NCBI RefSeq assembly: GCF_006345805.1
Contig: NW_021835702.1
Location: 1-39,237 of the forward strand
From: Octopus sinensis
Lineage: Eukaryota
DNA length: 39,237 nt
Reading direction: 5' to 3'
Shown here: piece by piece, positions 12,451 to 24,572 of the stretch
How positions within the stretch are numbered: position 1 is the stretch's first letter
Layout: each line of letters opens with the position of its first letter
The notes under the pieces: generated by a model
Told to the model about the DNA's origin: nothing
Database searches by the model: none
Seen by the model: the letters and a program-made list of their open reading frames with translations, nothing else
Program-made: the position numbers and the translations under genes

Positions 12451-13210
12451 TATGTATGTAAGACAGACATTTCCCATGTTAGTTGTAATCTAAGCCAGAC
12501 GCTATTTTATGTTTAATGAAGCTACTCCTTTTGCAATAGATAGGGGCCAATGGCAAAAGCAGCAGGCATCTCTTTGGCTATGGGAGACCTGTGATGAGCA
12601 TTCACCGCTGGACAGCTGGTGTTGGTGTTTTTTGCAACTTAGTGGTTCGGCAAAAAGACAACGATAGAATAACCTTTAAACTTGAAAAGAATAAGCAGAA
12701 GTACAGTGGTCCATTTCTTCGCCTAAGATTCAAGGTGTGCCCCAGCTTGGTCGCAGTCCAGTGACTGAAACAAGTGAGAGATAAAAGAGCTTCCATGATT
12801 TCGTTGTAAAAAAAAGATAAAAACCATCAGAAGCATTCCACTGCAGGATTTATGTTAACATTTATAAAAGTCCTTGGTAGTGTTATACTTCTTATGGATG
12901 GTCCGCAAAATAATTTATGCTAGTATATGCATAAGGGTCTCAGCTATTGTTATTTTCAGACCTAGGATCACAGAGACAACAGCAGACTCAGAAACAGTAT
13001 GTTGTGTCACTGAATATTTTGTTAGGTCACATGGTACTGATGAGATTCATCTAGGTCGAAATACAAGCCATATACAAATATTTAAAAAAACTCTATGAGT
13101 AAAATAGACATAAGAGAAAAAATAATATGGAATCCTCACAATGATATATGTATGAATATATGTATATACGAGTCAAACCTAATTGTGTTTGTAACACTTA
13201 TTCTCTGTCT

Positions 13211-13262
<52 letters not shown>

Positions 13263-14126
13263 GTGTGTGTGTGAATGTGTGAAGGAAGGTGTTGCGGAGA
13301 CGGACAAGAAGTAATACGAAAGAAAACAGCATGATATTTGCATAAATGTTGGTGGAAAATTTGACTGTTTCCAGAACGTTTTGTGCGACATTCGATGTTT
13401 ATTGTTGTTATCTCATCGTCATCTTCTCTGTGCCTGCTTTTCTCTCTGTTTACCATAATACACATATACACCATATATATACTACAAGCACACACGAACA
13501 CTCATATACACATACATATACACACACAACGCATGCTGGAGTAAATTCTCCCATGCCCTTGTGCGATAAATAGAGTTAATTGTCTGGCTTTTGGTGGCTG
13601 AAGTCAGTTATCAATGGCTGATTAGATCTATTGAACTTATTCCCAAAAGAATCCGTCGACGGTTCTTGACAATTGCCCACTCGGCTATTTGGCTTCTCAT
13701 CTGTTTCCTGTGCGAGAACGAGATATGCAGTCACACAAAATTATGGCGAAGAATTCTAAGAAAAATGCGTAACGTCTCAGCTATACGTTTGTGTATATGC
13801 ATCCGAATAGGAATGTGTATGCGTGTGGGCGTGTATATATATATATATATTTACTATTTTACTTTACTGTATATATATGTGTGTATATGTGTGTGTCTAT
13901 GCATATATACATATTTATCTATATATGCATGTATATATGCATACATTCTTTATACACTCTCTTCCCCTCTTTGTCTATATATATATGTGTATATATATGT
14001 GTGTGTGTGTGTGTGTCTGTGTGCGCGCGCATGTGTGTACTTATATACATGTACACACACACGTGCGCGCGCATCACAAGACGGGTTTGTAGCGAAATAA
14101 GTCTGGTGGAATTTGTTCCACCTCCC

Positions 14127-14368
<242 letters not shown>

Positions 14369-17300
14369 GAGGAATACCTGACTCGCCTGTTTCAAACGAC
14401 TTTCGGGCCAGGGCCCATGGACAACTTCCAGAGATCCCTGGCCTGGCAGTGCTACCGAGAAGCGCTACCTGTTCGGGATAAGCTCTACAGACACGGCTCG
14501 AGAAACACGGGGCCGACCTGCCTGAGATGCGGTCAGAGCGACGAAACCGTTCTGCACGCACTCGTGCAGTGTCTAACAATTTCCGACCTGTGGGCTTATG
14601 TCGAACAACTGCTGTCACGTGTGGGACAAGTCGGTTTATCAGCTGAGTCTATCGTCAATATTGTCACGCCTCCTTCCTTCAAACGGGAAGGAAGAGCTAT
14701 TTTCATCATCCTTGTGGCTATGGCGAAAGAATGTATCTGGTGGACGCGTCTGAAAGGATTGGAGACAAACACTTTCCTCTCTGGTCAACCTCTCATCAAC
14801 TTCTTCAAGTAACACATGGTCTTTTTCGTAGGGTAGACTGGTCGTTCTGGATGTCGACGGCAGCAATGGGTGCGCTTTTCGACTCGTATCAGTCTACGCA
14901 CCGCCTTTAACAGGTCGGCCGGATTTCTTTCGACGTCTAGAAGTATTCCTGGGAACGTCTCGTCCTTTACTTTTAGTGGGGGATTGGAATGCTACCTTGG
15001 ACACGCATCTAGACTATGTGGAGAGAGACAAAAACAGAAGGGGATGCAAATGCCTCAGAGACCTGCTCAGACGATTCCAACTGTCTGACAGGTACCGACT
15101 CGACCACCTAAATGCACCAACGTGGACATGGAGCAACCGCAGTGGGTCGTCGAGATCGTATCTAGATAGGATTCAGTGTAGGACAGTAGACAAGGATAAC
15201 TTAGGATGTCCACAATTCCATACAGTCAGCTACACGGATCACAAATTCGTGACGTGTACGCTAGACTTAGATAAGGCACATAGACAGGTCCTGGTTACTA
15301 GAAACTGAATGCATCATTCCCGTACAGACAAGTTTTCAGAGACAGAATCAACACGTTAGTAAAAAGGCTTTAACGGGAGCCATTGTCAACAACAAATGGT
15401 GGTTCGCCCTCAAGAGAGCAGTAAAAGCGGAAGCAATAAGATATAGCAAGGCACTAGCCGTAGATAGAAATAGAGTAGAGGGTGAGTTAGTTAAGAAGTT
15501 AGAAGAGGCAATAAGAAGCGGCATCACACCCGACGTTTTGGCAGCAGGTTGGCCCTTGACCAACACTTCAACGCCAAACACGAAGGGTGTGCTGTCAGGC
15601 TAGGATGCGGCTCTAAGGATGGAAGGTGTTGGAGCCGCGAGGGAGGCCCGGGTGGCGGAGGCACAGCAGGGCAACAAAGCCACCATTCGCTCTCTGGTAG
15701 ATGAACAAGGGCGCGAATTGCTCGAACCCAGCAAGATGTGCGAGACATTTCAGCGGCACTTTGCCCGACTGTACGGGACGAGTGGTGAGCGTGAACGCAG
15801 GGTGGACTTCAGTGCCTACCTGCACAGCCTACCACGACTCTCGGAAAGAGAGGCAGAGTGCTGCGAAGGTGCCATCACGGCGGCGGATGTGCAGGACGCG
15901 ATGGCAGAATGCTCCAGAGACAAATCGCCGGGTTTGGATGGTCTGCCCTACGAGTTTTACAATTGTATGCCAGACTTGTTTGGAGACGTCTTGGCAGCGG
16001 TATACTGCAACTGGCAGCAAAACGGGAGCATACCCGGTTTTGTGAGTCGAGGAGCTGTAATACTGCTGAAGAAAGATCCAAACAAGGGGAACATTATAGA
16101 TAACTTTAGACCAAACACTCTGCTCAATGGAAACCTGAAAAGTTTGACAAAGGTGTTAGCCAAGAGGTTGGCGCTTGTCATCGAGAAACTGGTCGACAAT
16201 GCATAAACGTGCGCCGTGCCGGGCCGGAGCATCCATGACAACCTCCATCTGATGCGCTACATCATAGACAGTGTAGTTAACGAACCTGGCATGGGTGGGG
16301 CCCTGATCAACTTGGATCAATCGAAAGCCTTCGATAGGGTAGACCATCGATACTTGGAGGCAGTCCTGAGAGCGGCTGGTTTCGCCCGTCTTCCGCGCTA
16401 GATAGCTGCCTTGTACAGAGGCATCCGTTCGGTAATTCGCGTAAATGGACATCTATCGAGACCTTTCGACATTGCACGTTCGGTCCGTCAGGGATGCCCC
16501 CTCTCGGCGCTTTTATACGTATTGACTCTTGAACCACTACTGCGGAAGCTGGCGACTCTGAGGGGCATCCCGCGAGAATTGGGATGCGGGACGAGCGTGT
16601 CTGCATACGCGGACGACGTCACCGTCATAGTGTCAAGCCACGAGTACATCGAGCGGGTCGGCGAGACACTGAAAGACTACGAAGCGGTGACAGGAGCAAA
16701 AATCAACCGGGAAAAGTCAGTGGGCTTGCGGCTCGGCACCTGGAGAAGCAAGCCCATGCCGTCCACCAGTACCTCCGTCGTGGGACGCTGGACAGACGGC
16801 CCGTTGAGTTGCTCGGGGTCTGGTTCGGTCCGGACCTCCAAATGGAGAAGAACTGGAACGAGATAACGAGTAGGTGGTCACACTCTCGCCCAGCAATGGG
16901 CCGAGAGGAAACTGTCCCTAAAAGGTCGGGCGGAGGTGGCGAACGCGTACATCGCGTCCATCATCTATTACCGCCTGACCGTCGTACCTTGTCCCGACCC
17001 TACCATCACCAAACTAGAACGCATCCTTTTCTGCTTCTTGTGGAAAGGATGCGTCCCGATGGTCAGGCGATCCATTTGCTGTCAACACCCGTTAAAAGGA
17101 GGGCTGGGCATGCCGTGGTTGATGATGCGCAGACACGCGCTGAGACTGCGACATCTCCGGCTCTATGTAGACGACGGTGAACAGGTGTGGTCGCCGTTTG
17201 TGAGGCACGCATTCCCGCAACTCGTCTCCATGACCGAACTACAGTCGTGGATCAAAAAGAGGGCGAATGGCACCGCGAGTGTCGCGTTGCTCTCAAGCAA

Positions 17301-18351
17301 CTCTGCCATCCCGGGTCGACCTTGAGTGACTTCAACACAACCAAAGCATTCTATAGGGGATTAGTGGAGGGGAGGTACGACGACGATCTCGGGGCAAACC
17401 TGGGCGTCGACGAGGAATACCTGACCCGCCTGTTTCAAACGACTTTCGGCCCGGGACCTATGGACAACTTCCAGAGATCCCTGGCCTGGCGGTGCTACCG
17501 AGAAGCGCTACCCGTTCGGGATAAGCTCTATAGGCATGGCTCGAGAAACACGGGGCCGACCTGCCCGAGATGCGGGCAGAGCGACGAAACCGCTCTGCAC
17601 GCAATCGTGCAGTGTCCAGCAATTTCCGACCTGTGGGCTTATGTCGAATGACTGCTGTCACGTGTGGGACGTGTCGGTTTATCAGCCGAGTCTATCGTTA
17701 ATATCGCCACGCCTCCTTCCTTCAAACGGGAAGGAAGAGCTGTTTTTATCATACTTGTGGCTATGGCGAAAGAATGTATCTGGTGGACGCGCCTGAAAGG
17801 ATTAGAGACAAACACTTTCCTCTCTGGTCAATCTCTCATCAACAAGAGGAAAGTGAGAGTAGAGAGGCAAGTTTTGTCTAGTGAATGTTTTAAAAAAAGA
17901 TGGGTGAATGTAGCAAGGATGGTACGTATGAATGACGAAGCCACCTTGACTATGATTCTATGAACCGTAAAAATTAATACAGATAGTTGCTTATTTGCAA
18001 AACAAAATAATCGAAAGAAATATAACATGTGACTTCATTGACCGAGGTTACTGTGGTCTTTTCCGTAGGCTTTTCTTTCCACGGGTAAACCTCACCTGTC
18101 CTCCCCTTTACACTTCATATTGACATTTCTGTGATTACGATCCCTATTGATCAACTTTTTTCCTCTCCCCTTTCCTTTTTTTTCCCTCTCCCCCCTTTTT
18201 TTTTTAAATCCTCCCCTTTTTTGTCCTCTTTCTTTCCTTTTACGATCCGTTTTGATCGAAAACCAACCCCCTTTTTTTTACCCCCAAAAGAAAAGCTCTA
18301 CCTTGTAATTTGTTCTGTCTGTGTGCAGCCCTGTGTGGCTAATAAAGAAAC
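14369..18351 (+). mobile_element. L1-clade (Tx1-like) non-LTR retrotransposon, 5'-truncated, preceded by an extra copy of its ORF2 C-terminal region
   Basis: It carries APE motifs (VYAP, VGDWNATLD, SYLDRI, TDHK) and RT motifs (KSPGLDGLPYEFY, NFRP..LLN..KSLTKVLAKRL, LDQSKAFDRVDH, VRQGCPLSALLY, AYADDV). The C-terminal knuckle is [19 protein letters not shown] pyrimidine-rich 3' UTR ends in AATAAA (18341-18346) followed by (ATCT)n. Confidence 0.93.
14830..17963 (+). pseudogene. Disrupted LINE ORF2 (APE endonuclease-RT-zinc knuckle)
   Basis: The domain order is preserved but split over ORFs 14976, 15619, 16216, 16411, 16936, 17187 and 17664 by stops and frameshifts. Confidence 0.9.
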
Positions 18352-18435
<84 letters not shown>

Positions 18436-18456
18436 GTCTCTCTGTCTGTCTATCTA
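18352..18456. repeat. (ATCT)n tract at the 3' end of the Tx1 LINE
   Basis: It begins 5 nt after AATAAA. Confidence 0.95.
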
Positions 18457-19016
18457 CACACACACATACACACACATATCGATATATAGATATAGAGTGT
18501 AAGAGAAACAGATAGTACTTATATATCTAAGTCTGTTGTACGTGTGTGTGTGTGTGTGTGTGTGTGTGGTGTCTGAGCATTGACATGATTTGGTGAGGTG
18601 GTTGCTAGGATAAAGGGGGAGGTAGAAATGCATATTGCATTCATGTAAGCGAAAATACCTCGAACATTCCGTCATGACATGAATATTTCTTTGGCATGGC
18701 CCGAGGTGAGGGCGATACTGTCGTTCGATGCCCGAAATCGTTGTCAACGCCAGTCGTCAGCTACTGAAGAATGTGTCCCGCAGCGCAAACTATATTACAG
18801 CGCATATACATCCTTCGTTTGTATTTCCGTTCTCTACTGAAGTCCACATTCTTGTATTTTTGAATGGAGTCCAAAGCAAATACCAGTTTATCTAAGATTG
18901 TTAGTCGCTTGCTCAATAATTCTTTGTTTCTGAAGAAACAGATTCTGTGAGCAATAACTGAGACCTTGACGCGGGGCAACGTAGCCTATACAGACTGAGA
19001 GAGACAGAGAGAGAGG

Positions 19017-19062
<46 letters not shown>

Positions 19063-19200
19063 AAGAGTGAGAGGGAAGGAATCGACTGCAGTTATTAATT
19101 GTCAATAATTTAACGACGATGTATGAATGGCAGGCGAAGCTGAACACGGCGAGATTTGAATGTAGATTGTACAAAGCCGGAACAAAGACCGTTGGCTTAC

Positions 19201-19264
19201 CATCCAACACTACCGATTTCACCACTTCCTTTATGTTGTGTGCTGCATGGTTGCAGCTCTCGAG
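19201..19264 (-). CDS. Candidate exon (64 nt, phase 0-1) of the same putative host gene
   Basis: Acceptor ttatcttttactatctgcag; donor ATG|gtaagc. One frame reads LESCNHAAHNIKEVVKSVVLD(G) and is phase-compatible with 9908-10009. Another frame is also open. Confidence 0.35.
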
Positions 19265-19324
19265 CTGCAGATAGTAAAAGATAAGGCATTAAAGAAATAT
19301 ATGTATATATATATATATATATAT

Positions 19325-19575
19325 TGTTGTGTCTAGGGAGAGTCATTCTGCTTCAATGTTTTATTAATTAACACATTCACCGGTTCAATTTCCACTGATT
19401 TACTCTCCCCAGACACGCCAAAATATGCTTCAACAAACGAATTCACACAAAGAACCTTGCAAACCGGAAACGTAAAAGACTTTTTCTATTCCTGAGCGCT
19501 ATATTAATACATCTGTTTGTTTGTACACCACCTGACTTCGTCTTTTGTTTGTTTTCGTAAACTTTTCCTTTATAT
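19325..19575 (+). mobile_element. Short repeat of probable PLE pseudo-LTR type (related pieces at ~4470-4740, ~21600-21760 inverted, ~22160-22440)
   Basis: Shares CTCCCCAGACAC...TATGCTTCAACA.ACGAA.TCA..TAAAGAA.CTTGCAAACC with 4660-4730 and 22360-22425. Shares GAAACGTAAAAGACTTTTTC (hammerhead 3' half-like) with the reverse complement of 21712-21730. Confidence 0.5.
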
Positions 19576-19596
19576 ATATATATATATATATATATA

Positions 19597-20108
19597 CTAG
19601 CAGTATCGTCCGGCGTTGCTCGGGTTTGTAAGGGAAATAACTATATAAGCATTTTTAGAGAGTTACTTCCCTTATAGATGCCAATTCGGGCTTTCTTAGC
19701 CATTTCTGTTTTGGTATCTTCAAGCCATGAAATCGTTGTTCTAGAAGAACGCTGGTCTCCTTGACAACGCTTTACGACGTTGATTTCCTTAAACTCCTTT
19801 CCCACAGTTTCACGAGGGAGGGAAGAAGGGGGAGAAGCAAACACAGGTGCAGGTGTTTGAGCGTGGACGCCAACTCCGCCGCCATCGACACACGAAAAAT
19901 TATGCATTAAAATGGAATAAAAAATGATGTTAAATTATTTTTAAAATCGTAGACTCATCGTAGACGCGCGCTAATACTCAGACGGACTCGATATTAATCA
20001 CGACTATAAGATACACGAATTTGGTTAAACTGCACCGCAAAATGTGGGAGGAGTTAGGAATCTAAATCGTAGGAGACAGACACTCACACAACTACAGTTT
20101 TATATATA
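19597..20108 (-). mobile_element. Non-autonomous Helitron-like element (family B) inserted in (TA)n
   Basis: The 3' end AAACCCGAGCAACGCCGGACGATACTGCTAG (hairpin + CTAG) and the 5' region TCTCCTACGATTTAGATTCCTAACT are shared with 26453-26844 and 28283-28677. Confidence 0.75.
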
Positions 20109-20160
20109 TATATATATATATATATAAGTATTATATATAAGTGTATATTATATGTGTGTG

Positions 20161-20189
<29 letters not shown>

Positions 20190-20202
<13 letters not shown>

Positions 20203-20600
20203 TCACCCACCATCACTGAACAACCGATGCTGGTGTGTGTACGTTCCAGTAACCTTGCAGTTCGGCAAACGAAACCGATAGAATAAATACTAGGCTTACA
20301 AAGAATAAGTCTTGGCCTCGATTTGTTCGACAAAAGGCGGTGCTCCAGCATGGCCGCAATCAAATGACTGAAACACATAAAACAATAGTCTTTTATTCTT
20401 TTATCCTTTAACTTGTTTCAGTCATCTGACTGCGACCATGTTGGAGCGCCGCCTTTAGTCGAACAAATCGACCCCAGGACATATTCTGTGTAAGCCTAGT
20501 ATTTCTTGTATCGGTTTCTTTTGCCGAACCGCAAAGCTACAGGGACGTAAACTCACCACCATTGGTTACAAGGGATGCTAGAGGGACAAACACACACATA
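20190..20600. mobile_element. Tail-to-tail inverted pair of SINE 3' halves (+ ~20190-20375; - ~20412-20600)
   Basis: Both match the 37863 SINE tail (TTCGGCAAA..ACCGATAGAATAA.TACTAGGCTTACA...GGCGGTGCTCCAGCATGGCCGCA.TCAAATGACTGAAACA). Confidence 0.8.
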
Positions 20601-20974
20601 CACACACACCTACACAAATACACGTATTTAAATCAAATATGAAACTAGAAAATCAAACTAAAGTCTAAAATAATTTCCGTATGTTCAGAGACAGTCTGAG
20701 TAGTCTCTGAAGAGTAAAACATTGCAGCGCAATCTTCTTTATTTTTCTCTGTACGAAGAAATAAAAACATGCTTCCGGTTCTTTTTGAATTTCCTTTGCG
20801 ATAGTCTTCTAAGCTGTTGTTTTAATTACTTCAGATTTATTGTTAGTTTGGTTTTGTAATATATTCTGTTTCTCCTTAACGTTTATTAATGCGTAATCAT
20901 TTCCTCGCAAAAGTACGGTGTATGCGAGAATTATGTAAATATACTGTTGGCGGTATGGTACTTTATATTTCTTA

Positions 20975-21390
20975 TTTCCCTATTGCCCACAAGGGGCTAA
21001 ACATAGAGGGGACAAACAAGGCCAGACAAAGGTATTAAGTCGATTACATCGACCCCAGTGCGTAACTGGTACTTAATTTATCGACCCCGAAAGGATGAAA
21101 GTCAAAGTCGACCTCGGCGGAATCTGAACTCAGAAAGTAGCGGCAGACGAAATACCTATTTCTTTACTACCCACAAGGGGCTAAACACAGAGGGGACAAA
21201 CAAGGACAGACAAAGGGATTAAGCCGATTACATCGACCCCAGTGCGTAACTGGTACTGAATTTATCGACCCCAAAAGAATGAAAGGCAAAGTCTACCTCG
21301 GCGGTATTTGAACTCAGAACGTAACGACAGACGAAATACCGCCAAGCATTTTGCCCGGCGTGCTAACGTTTCTGGTAGCTCACCGCCTAT
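20975..21390 (-). mobile_element. Dimeric tRNA-derived SINE (full unit + second unit starting mid-head)
   Basis: The block CCCACAAGGGGCTAAAC...CAGACGAAATACC occurs twice (~20985-21156, ~21169-21340). Only one unit has the GGCGGTGAGCTACCAGAAACGTTAGC head. Confidence 0.85.
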
Positions 21391-22162
21391 ATTTCTTGAT
21401 ATTTATATTTGGTTTATATTTCTATTGATTAGAAACATGAATTCGAAGTCTGGCTTTTCAAATAATATTTATGTACATAAATACACACTATGATACACAT
21501 CCATGTTTGCCTACTTGTCTGTCTGTCTGCCTGTACATTATTTTTGTCTATTATTTCTTTTAGTAATTGCACTGCAGCTATGAACGTATCGTGTGTCTAT
21601 ATATACATATACATTTATATATATAGTTGAAATTTATAGAAAAGCAAAGGGTGAAGACAAGTGTATGAACAATAAGCAGGTGTATTAGTTTGACGCTGGG
21701 GGAAAAATGAAAAAGTCTTTTACGTTTCAAGCCTACGCTCTTCAAAAGAAAGAATTAAGAGAAAATAAAAAGAGAGAAAATGAAAAAAAAGACGTACATA
21801 GATTTTGGATATAGCGGTTTGCAAAAGAGACCGGTAGAAATAAATAATCGTGTCGTTTCGTTAGGTTAAAATTCTTCTAGGCTGAGCTCCAGTACGGCTG
21901 CAGTCAAATGATCGAAAAAAGTAAAAGATGAAGCATAAAACAAAGCGTTTTTCTGTCCGTATCTTTCCATCTTTTCTTATTCCTATTTTTTCTTCTCTCT
22001 TTCTCTTTTCCTCTCACTCATTCATATTTTCTTTATTCCTTCAAGCCACTCATACACACACCGACCAATCAACATTCAGATCTCTGAAACATTCCCGTTT
22101 GCACAAACTGTACGACTGACAAAGAAATAGTTTATTTGTTTTTATGCAGCTCCTACAAATGT

Positions 22163-22383
22163 TATTCTGTTGTGTCTGGGGAGAATCATTTTCTTTTTGT
22201 GCCTTATAATTTAACACATTCACCGGTAAAATTTTCAATAGTCTTAAGACTATTGAAAAGGTTGCCAGACGCAACGAAAATTTTGGGAAAATATAAATAA
22301 GAAATAAGTGGAAATTTTACCGGTGACTGTGTTAAATTATAAGGCGCAAAAAGAAAATGACTCTCCCCAGACACAACAGAATA
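22163..22383. repeat. Inverted repeat (~73-bp arms) enclosing a perfect 28-bp palindrome
   Basis: Arms are 22163-22236 and 22311-22383. TTTTCAATAGTCTTAAGACTATTGAAAA lies at 22232-22259. Confidence 0.9.
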
Positions 22384-22669
22384 TGCTTCAACACACGAAC
22401 TCATATAAAGAATCTTGCAAACCAAATCCTAAAACGAAACTGCAGATGTTACGTTTATGAAAAATGCATTAAATACTACAAACCGTACACGTAGGACACA
22501 CACCAGAACCCTAATACTTCATCAGTTATCGAGCGAAAAATAATAATACCTAGTTTCATGCCTTTAAAGATAAGAGTAGGAACATAGTTCTATATTTAAG
22601 AGAGGAGGAATTATTTACTTTATTTATGTTGTTTACATTTGACGGATATTTGTCCTCATCTTTGTTGTT

Positions 22670-22715
22670 AACACAACATTTCGGCTGATAGAATCTCCAG
22701 CCTTCATCAGGTGTC
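22670..22715 (-). ncRNA. Minimal type I hammerhead ribozyme, one core-adjacent substitution
   Basis: The reverse complement is GACAC CTGATGA a GGCTG gagattctat CAGCC GAAA tGTT GTGTT. Stem I is GACAC/GTGTT and stem II is GGCTG/CAGCC. GAAAT replaces GAAAC, which is compatible with CpG decay. Confidence 0.55.
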
Positions 22716-23735
22716 TTGGGGAAATTTAGAACCTGGGTTCTCATTGTGTATGTATGTCTGTCTGTATGTTTGTATGTATATACGCGTATATGTATGCATA
22801 CATATATTATAAATTATATATAAATCTGTTATATGCAATAGACACAGTACTAGATGAAGATATGTATATGCATATCTATCCTTAATGTAAATACATCGTT
22901 GAAAGGCAAAATTTCAGCGTTATTCATCCGGAGACGTGTTATGGGCGTGCAGTGTCTAAAAACACAACATATATATCGGAAGAAGACGAGAATCATCCAG
23001 TAATGACTAGCGAGAACGCCAGATACATAGTTGCCTAACTAATCGTTTTCAATAACTACCAACCATGCACTGAAGTCGATGTAACTAACATCCTCTGCCT
23101 ATCAGAATTATTGTCCATGTGCCAGAATTATTTATACCTTTGTTTTCATTTTTTCTTTATTTTCACATTTTTTTCGATCTACGACCATTCCAGCAAAATG
23201 ATCTCCCAGCATGCATTTAATGTGACACTCTAAATTTCAAAAAATGCAGCTGCAACGAAGAATGTCAAATTTATAACATACTTCTGAAGCAGTAAGTTGA
23301 TTTTCTTCCATGTCATCCAGGCTTTGTTTTTTTGTTCCGAATGTTTAGCATAATTTGTCTTGAAATTGCAAGTTATGCGGTGACTTAATAATTAGGATAA
23401 GTGGATAATAGTTGAATAAATGTAGTATTAGGTGGTAAGAACAGAACTTTAACGTGAGGGTGACTAGGTCAAAAGGATGTGATGGGGGTGATATCACTTA
23501 CTAATAACATTTGAAGTGAATATTATATGTTTCTGTATAAATTTCTGTTTCAGGAATACTGTTTCGAACAATATATTTTTTGAGTATCGCAGCAGACATG
23601 TAAGGCTTTTCGGTTTCGCATGCCAATGTTTTTTGGAGAACATTTTTATTCAATCTTCTCATTGCTCGTTGATTAAGCGCTCAACTAACTAATGCCATTT
23701 TTATGAGACCGTCATCTAATATTTTACACCATGTA

Positions 23736-23892
23736 GGCGCAGGAGTGGCTGTGTGGTAAGTATCTTGCTTACCAACCACATGGTTCTGGGTTCACTCCTA
23801 CTACGTGACAAGTGTCTTCTACTATAGACTCGGACCGACCAAAGCCTTGTGAGTGGATTTGGTAGACGGAAACTGTAAGAAGCCCGTCGTAT
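23736..23892 (+). mobile_element. 5' half of a tRNA-derived SINE (37863 family)
   Basis: GGCGCAGGAGTGGCTGTGTGGTAAG...GGTTCTGGGTTCAC...GGCCGACCAAAGCCTTGTGAGTGGATTTGGTAGACGGAAAC, then (TA)n. Confidence 0.85.
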
Positions 23893-24522
23893 ATATATAT
23901 ATATATCTATATATATATATATATATATATGTATATGTATATATGTATGTATATATATATATATATATATATATCTTCCCTTACCCTTCTTCCGCGTAAC
24001 TCGTGGTCGTTGACCTCCAACACGAGAGCACAGTATGACTTTGGCCAGGTGCATGGTTTGCCAGCCACGTGTAGGATGCTTTTACGAGACATCGCTTGTG
24101 TGGATGGGCGTCGACACACATGTATCATATTCGTTCTTTGACAAGCCTTTATTTTTATAATCATTATCAATATCACATACTCAATGTGCGTTAGTGCTAA
24201 GCAGTCTCGGAAGAGAAAGAAGGCAACAGATGTCGAAGTAGTGCAGCATTGTAGCGTTTACTAACGTAAACTCAATTATGTTATTGGGAAATGCTTACTT
24301 TTATTTAAACTGTTTCAAACACAAAATTTGAATTTTGTTTTCCTTGTGCGATGCATTTGAACACCAGCAAATAACTTTTTATGCTGCCTGTATACTCATA
24401 TCTTGCTGCCTGAGGCAGATCATTTCGGAGATGGAGGTGGGTCTGACATGAAAACAGTGGAAATGGCCACGAAATATAGATATCGGTCACTTTCAATTTT
24501 GGGGCCATTTTGTTTTGCTTAC

Positions 24523-24572
24523 CTTTGAGGCTTGGTGTGTTTCTAAACAGGACACCTTTTTAAAAGGTTCTA
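24523..24572 (-). CDS. Candidate exon (47 or 50 nt, NAGNAG acceptor, phase 1-0)
   Basis: Acceptor atttcctcctAAGTAG; donor AAG|gtaagc. It reads (x)EPFKKVSCLETHQASK and is phase-compatible with 19201-19264. Confidence 0.3.

Noticed and set aside
13591-14100. 169-aa ORF starting in unique sequence
   Set aside because: There is no recognisable domain or splice signals, and the second half is microsatellite.
15348-17661. GC-rich antisense and alternative-frame ORFs
   Set aside because: These are shadows of the LINE ORF2.
18730-18800. CTGACGA (-) and CTGAAGA (+) motifs
   Set aside because: There is no correctly placed GAAA or closing stems.
20685-20760. CTGAAGA within a TTCAGAGAC/GTCTCTGAA hairpin
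   Set aside because: The second core half reads GAAG and stems I and III cannot form.
22440-22530. Minus-strand CTGATGA with downstream AAACGTA
   Set aside because: G12 is missing and stem I does not pair, so it is too decayed to call.
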